From the NCBI GenBank assembly GCA_963714975.1, contig CAVQQD010000002.1, forward strand, positions 352,001-416,000: 64,000 bases of DNA. The letters are read 5' to 3'. The DNA is from an uncultured Gammaproteobacteria bacterium. GTDB taxonomy: Bacteria; Pseudomonadota; Gammaproteobacteria; JAURND01. Position numbers and translations under genes: made by a program. The notes beneath the pieces were generated by a model. The model was not told the origin of the DNA, ran no database searches, and saw only the letters and a list, made by a program, of their open reading frames with translations. The first letter of the stretch is position 1. Each line of letters begins with the position of its first letter. Shown piece after piece: positions 41,610 through 51,617 of the stretch.

Positions 41610-41834
41610 GGCTATAACCTCCGGGGTTATCGTTGTGAAAGTGCCTCAAGAATGTTAGATGCATTCTTTTGGCGCGGCCTCGGAGGCGCAAGCCCCCGAG
41701 GCTTTGTCATTATTCATTGACTTTAGCCGAAATGCAAATATTTCTTAATGTCGGCTTAATTTAGTAAGTGCAATCGATGGTCCTTAGCCCCTAATTTATA
41801 TATATTGCTTTTTATACCCTTGGAGGGTATATTT

Positions 41835-42146
41835 ATGGTCTTCATAGAAACACATATATTTACAAAACAGCTTAACGATTACCTCTCAGATGAGGAATAC
41901 CGAAAGTTACAGGAATTTCTTATTGAAAATCCTCATGTGGGCGATTTAATTCAAGGCACAGGCGGGTTACGCAAGCTGCGTTGGGGGTTGGAAAATAAGG
42001 GAAAACGAGGTGGGGTAAGGATCATTTATTATTGGCAGACATTTTATAACCAAATTTATTTGATGACATTGTATGCAAAAAATGAAATGACTGATTTAAC
42101 TGCGAAAGAGAAAAAAGCACTCCAGCAAATGATAGAAAGGTGGTAA
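41835..42146 (+). CDS. higB: RelE/HigB-family toxin
   Basis: GDLIQGTGGLRKLRW...GKRGGVRIIYY. Confidence 0.9.
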   Translation: MVFIETHIFTKQLNDYLSDEEYRKLQEFLIENPHVGDLIQGTGGLRKLRWGLENKGKRGGVRIIYYWQTFYNQIYLMTLYAKNEMTDLTAKEKKALQQMIERW

Positions 42147-42148
42147 TA

Positions 42149-42472
42149 ATGGCTACACAAAAAAAGCGTAACTTATTTGAAGAGCTGAAAAGTGGCGTCG
42201 AAGAAATTAATGAACATAAAGCAGGCAAAATAACCTTACGTAACTTCACCTTTAAAAAGAAATCCAAACCCAAAGTTACTGCTAGTTTTATTCGTAAAAC
42301 GCGCCAAGAATTTCACATGTCGCGCAATGTATTTGCTCTAAAATTACGAGTGTCCCCTCGAACTCTCGAAAAATGGGAACAAGGCGAAACCACACCTAAC
42401 GATCAAGCAGCCACATTAATTTTAATGGTACACAAATTTCCTGATACTCTTAAACGCCTTGAAGAAATTTAA
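42149..42472 (+). CDS. higA: HTH antitoxin (HigA-like)
   Basis: Xre HTH MSRNVFA...RTLEKWEQG, downstream of the toxin. Confidence 0.88.
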   Translation: MATQKKRNLFEELKSGVEEINEHKAGKITLRNFTFKKKSKPKVTASFIRKTRQEFHMSRNVFALKLRVSPRTLEKWEQGETTPNDQAATLILMVHKFPDTLKRLEEI

Positions 42473-42681
42473 AATTTTTAATTTTATCTCCATTATTTTC
42501 GACTTTGGGCAAATCAAAGCCTCTTTCCACAACCTGAGCGCCAGTGCCATTATCAGCCGTATTCCAAAAAGAATTGTGAGGATATTTTCATAAATCTTTT
42601 GCTACACTTGTTAATTTTTCCTTAAGCTAGTAGACTCTCTCTGTGGTTGGGCAGTATCGCAAGTACGACAGGCCAGCCCAC

Positions 42682-42914
42682 TGTTATTCTGAGCGAACCG
42701 AAGGGCCTCCTAATAAGCGTTGTCCTGGCATGGAGGTCAGGATCCACCCACAGGGATGTGAAAGTTTCGCTTCCTACCTTGGATTATTAGTGATCAAAAA
42801 CCATCCATGGTTTTTGCCCTGCGGGTCGCTTCGCGTGGCTAATTTGTTCCTGACAAATTAGTCCTGCAGGGATTAGGAGGTCGGGGGAGGTCTTTCGCTT
42901 CGCTTAGAATGACA
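42682..42914. repeat. Nested palindromic repeat elements
   Basis: Outer tgttattctgagcgaa...ttcgcttagaatgaca; inner ctaatttgttcctgacaaattag hairpin. Confidence 0.6.
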
Positions 42915-42975
42915 AATTTGTTAGGAATTTATTGAGGAGGGAATTTAAAAACCCACGTGAAGTTATTGCAGTCCT

Positions 42976-43905
42976 ATGGCCCCTAATATTTTTACTTGTT
43001 TTATCATTGGAGAGGATAATCTCCATTTGGAATGTGCCAAAATTATCCAACAACAAGGACAGCAAATCGTAGGCATTATTTCTGCGTATGAAGCCGCAGA
43101 ACTCTGGGCCTTGCAACTGGGAATTCCCCACTACGCCTCTCTAGCAGCCGCCCAAGAAGCATTCAACAAAACTTCTTTTGATTATTTATTTAGCATCGTC
43201 AATGCACAGATTTTGCCTGCAGCGATACTCAATCTGCCTCGGCAATTGGCGATTAATTTTCATGATGCGCCTTTACCGCGATATGCCGGAGTTCACGCCA
43301 CTTCCTGGGCAATCTTAAATCAAGAACAGACCCATGGCATCACCTGGCATGTGGCCACAGAAACCGTCGATGCCGGGGATATTTTGCAGCAAGTGACGGT
43401 GCCGATTACTGAAGATGAAACTACGTTGAGTTTAAACCTCAAATGCTACGAAGCCGCACTGCAAAGCTTCCCGGATTTAGTGCAATCTTTAGCGAAGCAC
43501 AGTTATCAACGCCAACCTCAAGATTTAAGTCAACGTACCTATTTTGGCCTTCATCAAAAACCTGCTGGTGATGGTTGGATTGATTGGAATGCCAGTGCTG
43601 AAGCTACTGAGCGATTATTTCGGGCTACTCAATTTGGCTCTTATCCTAATCGTTTTACTTGTCCGAAATTTAAACGAGGGGAAGAGGAATTTATCATCAC
43701 TCAATTAGAGCTATTATCCGAGTCATCGACTGCAGCTCCTGGAACCATAGTTGCTGTTACTGCGGACTATTGGCGCATTGCAACCGCTAGTTACGACATT
43801 GCCATTCGACAGATTTGTACTTTAGAAGGTGATGCAGTCACTCTTGCAGAAGAGAGGGTGCTAGATCAAGCTTACCCCTCATCCGGCCTTCGACCATTAA
43901 TATAG
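42976..43905 (+). pseudogene. Formyltransferase domain, probably the truncated start of an NRPS initiation module
   Basis: INFHDAPLPRYAG, HGITWH, VDAGDIL; ends in sequence from the opposite-strand Fic fragment. Confidence 0.7.
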
Positions 43906-44340
43906 TATTTTACCGTTCCAACCTTGATACTCTTTAGTAAATTTAGGTCTTCAAGTGTTTGTAAGTAAAGGGCTGCAGTTTGACGTTTAGCCAATCCCGC
44001 ATCTTCTAAGAAACGAGCCTTGCAATAAGGATGCCGGAATATGATGTCTATTAAATCTCTACTATAAATTTTAGGGGCTTTAGTTTGTACCTTCTTTTTA
44101 GCAGTTTCTATGGCCTCGAGTATCTTGATTACTCGCTCTTGGGTTTCAAATGCTGTAGCTCGAATGGCCTCCAGTATGTACAAAACCCAATCAGCCCATG
44201 CCCCTTCCTCTGTCACCCGCCCTAGCCCCTCATAATATGATTGCCTTGTCCGCAAGATATAATCGGTTTATCAAGCAACCCTTTTTCAACCAGGAACAGA
44301 ATATTAATTACACGACCAGTACGGCCATTGCCATCCACAA
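43872..44340 (-). pseudogene. Fic-family protein C-terminal fragment
   Basis: [11 protein letters not shown] on the minus strand at ~44305-44335; PKIYSRDL...HPYC...RQTAALYL. Confidence 0.8.
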
Positions 44341-44365
44341 TCGGTCAGTGGTCATACCATGAATA

Positions 44366-44629
44366 TTGAAGCCTTTCCGCCGTGTAGTCGAGGCAGCTGG
44401 CTTGAATCCCAAGGAAATTGTCCGCCATACCCTACGGCACACAGCAATTACCCACCTAGTGCAAGCTGGTGTTGATCTGCCTACAGTGAAACGAATCTCA
44501 GGGCATAAGACGTTGCAGATGGTGGAACGGTATAGTCATCAGAATGGGGCACATATTCAGGCAGCGATGGATAAGCTGGAGGAAAGGTATAAACAGACCC
44601 CTTCTTCCTTGATTCTTACCTCTAAATAA
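44366..44629 (+). pseudogene. Tyrosine recombinase C-terminal fragment
   Basis: HTLRHTAIT, ISGHKTLQMVERY. Confidence 0.85.
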
Positions 44630-44702
44630 GGGGTTAAACACATTTCCAGTGTCCCTCCTTAAATATAATTGATATTGATAGCGTATGTGCTATCATTTTG
44701 AA

Positions 44703-45125
44703 ATGAAAAACATTTTAATTGATACTTGCATATTTGTATCAGCTTTAATTAGCGAGAGTGGGGCAAGCCGAGAGGTACTACGGCGCTGCCTTAACAAAAA
44801 ATATCAGCCATTAATGGGAAATGCCCTTTTTACTGAATATCAATCCCTGCTGCAGCGTGATTTGTTTAAAAATTGTCCTTTATCTGCTAATGAACGAGAA
44901 ACACTCCTGGATGCTTTTATGAGTGTTTGCCAATGGATTCATATTTACTATCTTTGGCGACCTAACTTAAGAGATGAAGGCGACAATCATGTTTTAGAAT
45001 TGGCGATTGCAGGTAATGCAAGCGCAATTATTACAAACAATGTCAAAGATTTTAAAAATGGCCAACTACTTTTCCCTGGAATTAATATTTTAAAACCAGA
45101 GCAATTATTGAAGGAGGATACTTAA
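44703..45125 (+). CDS. PIN-domain toxin
   Basis: ILIDTCIFVSAL, WRPNLRDEGDNHVLELA, TNNVKDF. Confidence 0.9.
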   Translation: MKNILIDTCIFVSALISESGASREVLRRCLNKKYQPLMGNALFTEYQSLLQRDLFKNCPLSANERETLLDAFMSVCQWIHIYYLWRPNLRDEGDNHVLELAIAGNASAIITNNVKDFKNGQLLFPGINILKPEQLLKEDT

Positions 45126-45126
45126 A

Positions 45127-45366
45127 ATGTCGACTCTAACCATTAGATTACCTGATGACAAGCATGAACGACTTAGGCTCCTAGCTGAACAACGGCATAT
45201 CAGTATTAATAAATTAATGGAAGAAATCTCTACAATAGTGCTTGCCGAATTTGATGCAGAAATGCGATTTCGTGCCCGAGCTGCTAAAGGTTCTCCAAAA
45301 GAAGGGCTTAAGCTGCTTAACCAATTAGATAAGCATTTTCATGAAAAAGATGATAGCAAATCATGA
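45127..45366 (+). CDS. RHH/HicB-like antitoxin
   Basis: MSTLTIRLPDDKHERL; follows the PIN gene. Confidence 0.85.
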   Translation: MSTLTIRLPDDKHERLRLLAEQRHISINKLMEEISTIVLAEFDAEMRFRARAAKGSPKEGLKLLNQLDKHFHEKDDSKS

Positions 45367-45523
45367 AGGATGGTTAATCAATTCTTTGAAAAACAAAGAA
45401 GAATCTGCTGCATATTTGCAAGTAGCTCTAGAAGAATACCGAAAGGACAATGATGTCGAATGCTTATTGTTAGCACTGCACCACGTCCCAGAAGCTCAAG
45501 GCGGCCTGGATAAGTTACCCTAA
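45341..45523 (+). pseudogene. Addiction-module antidote fragment
   Basis: AAYLQVALEE...LLALHHVPEAQGG; HTH missing. Confidence 0.65.
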
Positions 45524-45559
45524 AGAACTCATGTGGATTATGTGAGAATATTGCAAATA

Positions 45560-46288
45560 CTAATTTAGGTATCTATTGTCTTCCTGAGAAACCTCACGCC
45601 AATTAATTTTCCCATTGAAGAAATTATCGGCACATTTCAAAGGCGTGACTGTATAGGAAAAGCTTTTATTATCGACATTGTCAACCCTATACCATTTTGC
45701 AGATAGGAGAAATAGGCTTTCATTAACCAAGTGTGGAGTAAATGCAAAATTTTCAGCATTAGCACGCATTGCAATAGTTGGGTATACAATGCCACAACTA
45801 AGTTGCTTCATTAAAAATTTTTCTGCAATTACTGCAGTAAGTGTATACCTATTTTCCTCAGGGCAAGTAAATATTTCTGAAAAAAAATCGATAATATAGC
45901 TATTTGGCTTTTTAAGCTCATTTGGATGCCGCTTTTCAGGAGGAATAATATGAGGACATTTTCTAGCTGAACACAATTGCGCAAAAATTTGCTCAGAATA
46001 CCCGAGAGGAATACATAAAATCTCGTTAGCTATCCTCCACTTGGAAAGCACTACAGTATCACCTGCTTGGATATTCAACTCAAAGAAAGGTGTTCTAGGA
46101 TCACCGCTACAATAAAATAAAGGATTACCAGGTAAATTAGCCCTATTGAGCCTAACCATATCAACAGGTGGATAACTTAGTTGTGATACGTCTAAAGGCA
46201 TCTCGCTATATTTAACTGCCCGATACAAGCTACCATCCCCCCACTGAGTGGGAATAAAAAGGACAGTATGAATATATACGTCATACAA
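45560..46288 (-). CDS. RES-domain protein (possibly 5'-truncated)
   Basis: LYRA, NRANLPGNPLFYCS, FFEL, GIVYPT, NFA. Confidence 0.75.
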   Translation of the reverse strand: MYDVYIHTVLFIPTQWGDGSLYRAVKYSEMPLDVSQLSYPPVDMVRLNRANLPGNPLFYCSGDPRTPFFELNIQAGDTVVLSKWRIANEILCIPLGYSEQIFAQLCSARKCPHIIPPEKRHPNELKKPNSYIIDFFSEIFTCPEENRYTLTAVIAEKFLMKQLSCGIVYPTIAMRANAENFAFTPHLVNESLFLLSAKWYRVDNVDNKSFSYTVTPLKCADNFFNGKINWREVSQEDNRYLN

Positions 46289-46355
46289 AAAAGCAATCTG
46301 TCTTCTTAAATCCGATTTTCTTTATAACCTTTTAGTTGAAAGAAAAAAAAGCAGC

Positions 46356-46664
46356 GTGAGTTCTTATGTTTTTCCTGGTCCAGGCCAACAAGGTTTTTTA
46401 ATCGAGCCACGAAAACAAATGAGTAAGGTTATTGAGGAAACAGGAAAAAAATTTACTGTGCATGATTTGCGCCGCACTTTTATTACAGTAGCTGAAAGTT
46501 TAGATATTCCAGCCTATGCGCTAAAAAGGCTATTAAATCATCGATCCAGCAGTGATGTGACGGAAGGTTATATTATTATTGATGTAGAGCGACTACGTAA
46601 ACCTATGCAAATGATCGCCAATTGTTTATGCCAATTCATGAAGAATGATAATATCAATATGTAG
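46356..46664 (+). pseudogene. Tyrosine integrase C-terminal fragment
   Basis: HDLRRTF, LLNH, DVTEGY. Confidence 0.85.
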
Positions 46665-46710
46665 AGAGCTTCTCAGGTTCACCACTTTTATCCATGGAAT
46701 CATTCAGGTC

Positions 46711-46975
46711 CTATATTTTATGACTATACTCACTGGTAGAATGAAATGTTTGATGTTGTTCAATCCAATTGACAATGTCACGTTTATAATATAAGCATCT
46801 TAGGCCCATTTTCTTAAATGGGACGCCGCCTCCTTGCCAACGCATTTTTTCACACCAACTCACTGATTTATGGGTCACGATCGTGTTTTGATACAGCTCC
46901 TCGTCGATTGGTTCGTTCAAAATATTTTTTTATTATTTCCCAATCGTTATCTGTTACATCACTTGGATATCCCAT
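46711..46975 (-). pseudogene. Excisionase-like DNA-binding protein (frameshifted)
   Basis: RWQGGGVPFKKMG..CLYYKRDIVNWI. Confidence 0.6.
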
Positions 46976-47026
46976 TTCAACCCTCCTACTATTTTTTCTA
47001 GTAGGAGAAATTATATAGGATTTTCT

Positions 47027-47956
47027 TTAACCAAACAGCTTCTCAGAGCCAGAAAAACACCTATCACAAACCCGCCTAATCTCCCCCCGCAACCAAACCA
47101 ATCCCGCATCATTATCCTGCTGCCGATGCCAGACTTGCACGATAGGAAAAGGTGCAATAAAGAAGGGAGGAGGAGCAAATTTCAGCTGATATTTTTTCGC
47201 CGACTGCAAGATAATATTCCTAGAAAAAGTACCAACCAGGTCAGAAGAAGCAAGTATTTCTAATGCCGGGAGAGCATTAGGGAGGGAGAGTTTAATATTA
47301 CGTTGCAAATTCAGTTTTCGCAGCGCCTGATCAGCTCTGGGTAACTCTTCAGAATAGACACAGGCCGCCAGATGTTCCGCCTGCAAATAGCGCTCCAAGG
47401 TCAACGGTTTTTTAAAAATAGCATGATTCGCACGAGCAACGCATACCGGTTGATCCATAAAAAGCTTTTCCGCCTGCAACTGCCTGGGAAACTTTTTAGC
47501 TAAACCAATGCCGATATCCAATTTTTCCTTTTCAAAATCCTCCGCACAGAATTCATTGTGGTGAAGAATTTTTAAGGAAACTTTAGGTGCTGACTTTCTG
47601 ATCTGCTCATAAATTTTTCCCAGCAATACATATTCCGCATAGTTCGTCATACCCAATTTGAATGTACGCGTGGAAGTTTTATATTCAAATTCATCGCTAT
47701 GGAAGAGTAAAGTTTCTAGCTCATTCAAGGCCTGATCGACTTTTGGCGCTAAAAATAAAGCCTTTTGCGTGGGGATCATCCTCTTCGGGCCACGAATCAA
47801 TAACTCGTCCTGAAATAATTCCCGTAACTGCTGTAATGAATTACTGATAGCTGGCTGAGTAAGATGTAAGCGATTAGCGGCGGCAGAAACATGTTGTTCC
47901 TGCATAAGCACGGAAAATACTTTTAAGAGATTAATATTGATTCTATAGATGTTCAT
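47027..47956 (-). CDS. LysR-family regulator
   Basis: NLLKVF...AAANRLHLTQPAISNSLQQLR. Confidence 0.95.
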   Translation of the reverse strand: MNIYRININLLKVFSVLMQEQHVSAAANRLHLTQPAISNSLQQLRELFQDELLIRGPKRMIPTQKALFLAPKVDQALNELETLLFHSDEFEYKTSTRTFKLGMTNYAEYVLLGKIYEQIRKSAPKVSLKILHHNEFCAEDFEKEKLDIGIGLAKKFPRQLQAEKLFMDQPVCVARANHAIFKKPLTLERYLQAEHLAACVYSEELPRADQALRKLNLQRNIKLSLPNALPALEILASSDLVGTFSRNIILQSAKKYQLKFAPPPFFIAPFPIVQVWHRQQDNDAGLVWLRGEIRRVCDRCFSGSEKLFG

Positions 47957-47968
47957 AGGCGACAGATT

Positions 47969-49276
47969 CTAATGTAGTAAAAATATAAAATAACCTAGAA
48001 ATATCGCCGCAATAAACAACAGCATAAGATTTAATTCCTTCCTCTTGCCAGTGATAGATTTCAGAATCACATAGGCAATAATGCCCATGCCTATGCCGTC
48101 AGCAATGGAAAAGCTGAATGGAATCATGACAACGATGAGGATGCAGGGTATGAAATCAGTGAGATCCTGGACATTGAACAAGGTGATATTCCTCATCATC
48201 AGTATGCCCACATAGAATAACGCTGGCGCCACTGCATAAGCTGGAATAGACATTGCCAATGGCGACAGAAACAATACCAGTAAAAATAATAGCGCAACCA
48301 CAATAGCGACCAGGCCGGTTCGCCCTCCAGCTTCAATACCCGCAGCGCTTTCCATATAAGGACTGGTGGGGGCAGTTCCGAGCAAAGATCCGGAAATAGT
48401 GCCAATGCTCTCAGCCATGAGCGCGCGGGAAGTTCTTTGTACGCGCCGCGGATCCTGACGAAACAGAGAATGTCGTAATAAACCAACCAGAGCTCCGGTG
48501 GAGTCAAAAAACGCGGCCAATAAAAAGGTAAAAATAATGGGTAAAGATTGGTACTGCAGCGCCCCTTTTAAATCCAGGGCCAGAAAAGTTGGCGCTATGC
48601 TGGGAGGTAATGAAAAGAAACCGTGAAATTGCGACATGCCCAGCAAGAGGCTTATCAGCGTAATGATGAAGATGGAGATAATTAAGCCGCCGTGGATGCG
48701 AAAATGATCTAAGGCGACGATGATAAAAAAGCCAAGGAAAAATAGAATACTCGGCCCAGAACCGAGATGACCAATGGCCAAAAGCGTTTTACCACTGGGC
48801 TTGATAATGATTTCAGCATTTTCCAGAGCAATTAAGGCGATGAACATCCCTAGGCCAACGGTAATGGCAAGATTGATATGCTCAGGCATGGATTCAACAA
48901 TCCACATTCGTGCCTTAGTCAGAGTGATTATGAAAAAAATGACTCCGGAGATAAACACCATTCCCAAAGCTTGTTGCCAAGAGTAACCCGAGCCTAGGAC
49001 TACCGTGTACGCAAAGAAGGAAACAATTCCCATCGCCGGCGCGATCGCAATGGGATAATTAGCTATTAAACCGAGTAATACACTGGCAATAATAATGACT
49101 AAGCAGGTTGCCACATAAACCGCGCCCTTATCCATGCCAGAGGCGCCGAGGATAAGGGGGTTCACGAAGATGATATAGGACATGGTCAGGAAAGTAGTGA
49201 GCCCAGCCAGACACTCTCGGCTTATGGTTGTTTTATTTTCTGACAGTTTGAATAATTGAGTAATAAAGCGCTGCAT
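47969..49276 (-). CDS. NCS2/AzgA-type purine permease
   Basis: AGLTTFLTMSYIIFVNP, APAMG, ESAAGIEAGGRTGL. Confidence 0.93.
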   Translation of the reverse strand: MQRFITQLFKLSENKTTISRECLAGLTTFLTMSYIIFVNPLILGASGMDKGAVYVATCLVIIIASVLLGLIANYPIAIAPAMGIVSFFAYTVVLGSGYSWQQALGMVFISGVIFFIITLTKARMWIVESMPEHINLAITVGLGMFIALIALENAEIIIKPSGKTLLAIGHLGSGPSILFFLGFFIIVALDHFRIHGGLIISIFIITLISLLLGMSQFHGFFSLPPSIAPTFLALDLKGALQYQSLPIIFTFLLAAFFDSTGALVGLLRHSLFRQDPRRVQRTSRALMAESIGTISGSLLGTAPTSPYMESAAGIEAGGRTGLVAIVVALLFLLVLFLSPLAMSIPAYAVAPALFYVGILMMRNITLFNVQDLTDFIPCILIVVMIPFSFSIADGIGMGIIAYVILKSITGKRKELNLMLLFIAAIFLGYFIFLLH

Positions 49277-49359
49277 GGCTGGGTTCCTGAAGAAGGTTTA
49301 ATGTTTTTAATCAATAGGTTATATATTTTATTTGCGCGTTTTCTGGGTTCTAATATTAT

Positions 49360-49590
49360 CTTAGAAGCTGTTTGGTTAAAAAATATATATAATTTTTCAT
49401 TTTTTGGCTTTTCCACCTTGATTGGAGCAATATTCAATCCTGTGGCCGTCATTGCGAGGAGCTTGCTTTGAGCAATCCAGTTAACCTAGCTTTATTGTGG
49501 ATTGCTCAAAGCAAGCTCCTCGCAATGACGGCCAGGGGACTTTTATTTTTGTCTACCCGCATAGAATTTTTTAACCAAACAGCTTCTAAG
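49360..49590. mobile_element. MITE with 25-bp TIRs and an internal 37-bp perfect inverted repeat
   Basis: TIR cttagaagctgtttggttaaaaaat (49360-49384 / 49566-49590); inner arms 49443-49479 / 49498-49534. Confidence 0.8.
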
Positions 49591-49594
49591 CAAA

Positions 49595-50071
49595 CTATTG
49601 AGCAAGTGTTCGCCTCTCCCCTTGTGAGGGGGAGGAGCACAATTCATGACCTTTGATCCATTCTGTATTGCCATCAATATAGTGTTCCTGCTTCCAGATC
49701 GGACATCGATGCTTAATTGCCTCAATAATATAACGGCAGGCTTTGAATGCCTCATCACGATGGATAGCACTTACTGCAACAATGACGCTGATACCACCAA
49801 TCGCTAATCTACCTTTAAAATGTTCAATGTATATTTTTAGGTATTGATCAAATTGTTGTAGGACTTCTTGACAAATATCGTCCAATACTTTTAATGCCAA
49901 TTTCTCATGCACATCATAACTCACGCCTATCACGTTTTTACCAAGATTATGATTACGAATAGTACCTATAAAACTAGTGGTAGCGCCTTGCATTGAATCA
50001 CCGACAAATGCGAAGGCATGAGCAACCATAATTTCGCGTTCTGTTATATTGCAATAATATAACCCGTTCAT
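49595..50071 (-). CDS. moaE: Molybdopterin synthase catalytic subunit
   Basis: FIGTIRNHN, HRDEAFKACRYIIEAIKHRCPIWKQE. Confidence 0.95.
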   Translation of the reverse strand: MNGLYYCNITEREIMVAHAFAFVGDSMQGATTSFIGTIRNHNLGKNVIGVSYDVHEKLALKVLDDICQEVLQQFDQYLKIYIEHFKGRLAIGGISVIVAVSAIHRDEAFKACRYIIEAIKHRCPIWKQEHYIDGNTEWIKGHELCSSPSQGERRTLAQ

Positions 50072-50074
50072 AAT

Positions 50075-50356
50075 TTATCCTCCACACACGGGCGGTAAAA
50101 TACTTAATACGGTATCTTCCTGTAAGATATGATTATTAGATAAAATCTTACAGTCATCCGCAAAAACAGATTGCGTGAGTAGGTCATGCTCCAAAAATTC
50201 GCCATTTTGTTTAAGAATTTCAGCAGCTACAGATGATCTTACATCAATTAAAGAGGCGCCGCTCCATAGAGTAATTTTAATTTCACGATCAGCGATATAA
50301 CGTCGAAATTGTCCATACAGATTTATTGTGACGATTATGTTTTTTTTATCATTCAT
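50075..50356 (-). CDS. moaD: Molybdopterin synthase sulfur carrier
   Basis: C-terminal ILPPVCGG. Confidence 0.92.
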   Translation of the reverse strand: MNDKKNIIVTINLYGQFRRYIADREIKITLWSGASLIDVRSSVAAEILKQNGEFLEHDLLTQSVFADDCKILSNNHILQEDTVLSILPPVCGG

Positions 50357-51617
50357 TTTGCCTACTTCCTAAGGTGTGACGCGGATGCAATGGGTAAATT
50401 TTTATAAAATCAGAGGCTTGATAATGCGCATTATTTTCTTCTAAAATAGCCCAGCAATTGGCAGCTAATAACGAACTTATTTTAAATGATTCTTGACCTT
50501 TCAGAATATCAACTTTTGCCACACCATCGTCAATATGCAACACAGCCTTATAAAAGCAACGCAACTCTTTTGGCTTGCTAATATCTGCTTGTAATCTCGC
50601 TATTAATGGTTGATCTACTGCTGTTTGTTGTAAGGCACAAAGTAGAGGATAAAGAAAAAAACGTACCCCTACCACCATAGATATCGGGTTCCCGGGTAAA
50701 CCCAGGATATAGGTTTTATTTAGTTTTGCAAATATAATGGGTTTCCCAGGTTTTATAGCTACTTTATGAAATATGATATCCGCGCCAAGCATCTTTAAAG
50801 CAGAGGGTATGAAATCCCATTTCCCGGCAGATACCGCACCTGTAGTAATGATAATGTCAGGTGTATTACCTGTGCTCATTAAATTTTTAATTTTCTGTAC
50901 GAATGTTTTCGGTTCATCGAGAACTGTGCAATAATCGTCAACCTGGAGCCCTAATGTTGTAAATATAGTACGTAAATAAATCATATTAGCATTTCTAATT
51001 TTTCCAGGCTGTAGCGGTATTGAATAGTCATCTATCAATTCTTTCCCGGTAGTAATCACCCAGATACGGGGTTTCTTTTTCACATGAACCATAACAGTTC
51101 CTGTGGCTGCTAATGCCATCAAATGTTGCGCTGTGATCACTGCACCCTTATGAATAATAGGCGCGCCAATAGAAAAATCTTCACCGATAGAACGAATGTT
51201 TTCATGTTGCTTTATTTCCTTATGCATCGTAACAGTCTGGTTTTCAGCATCAAGTATAGCATGCTCAATGGGAATTACAGCATTATAAGCATCTGGGACG
51301 CTTGCACCTGTCATGATTTCTATTGAACTATAGGGTGGGCAGTGTGTACAAACATTATGTTCTCCTGCAGCTATACTAGAGATCACTTGTAAAGTGAGTG
51401 GTTGTTGAGCTGAGACATTTTTAGTTTCTTCTGCTCTAATTGCAAAGCCATCCATCCCCGAATTATTGAAGGAGGGGATTGGCTCTTTTGCAATAATTGT
51501 CTCTGCCATTATTCGATTTAGCGCATCAAATAACGAACATTTTTCTTCACCCAGTGGTTGGGTCGATTGCGTAAGTTTTGTTAGCGCCTCAAGATAACTG
51601 ATCATGATTTCTCTCAT
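50349..51617 (-). CDS. moeA: Molybdopterin molybdenumtransferase
   Basis: SGMDGFA, IMTGA, TTGKEL, KPGKP, GLPGNP. Confidence 0.95.
   Translation of the reverse strand: MREIMISYLEALTKLTQSTQPLGEEKCSLFDALNRIMAETIIAKEPIPSFNNSGMDGFAIRAEETKNVSAQQPLTLQVISSIAAGEHNVCTHCPPYSSIEIMTGASVPDAYNAVIPIEHAILDAENQTVTMHKEIKQHENIRSIGEDFSIGAPIIHKGAVITAQHLMALAATGTVMVHVKKKPRIWVITTGKELIDDYSIPLQPGKIRNANMIYLRTIFTTLGLQVDDYCTVLDEPKTFVQKIKNLMSTGNTPDIIITTGAVSAGKWDFIPSALKMLGADIIFHKVAIKPGKPIIFAKLNKTYILGLPGNPISMVVGVRFFLYPLLCALQQTAVDQPLIARLQADISKPKELRCFYKAVLHIDDGVAKVDILKGQESFKISSLLAANCWAILEENNAHYQASDFIKIYPLHPRHTLGSRQNE

Noticed and set aside
39468-41720. Small ORFs inside or antisense to the intron
   Set aside because: Shadow frames of the intron RNA and its encoded protein
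41744-42628. PmrA-like boxes (cttaatgtcggcttaat at ~41744; gttaatttttccttaag at ~42610)
   Set aside because: The spacing fits, but the matches are short and AT-rich and not clearly linked to an effector gene
49222-49770. Short ORFs overlapping the MITE
   Set aside because: Artefacts of the palindromic repeats
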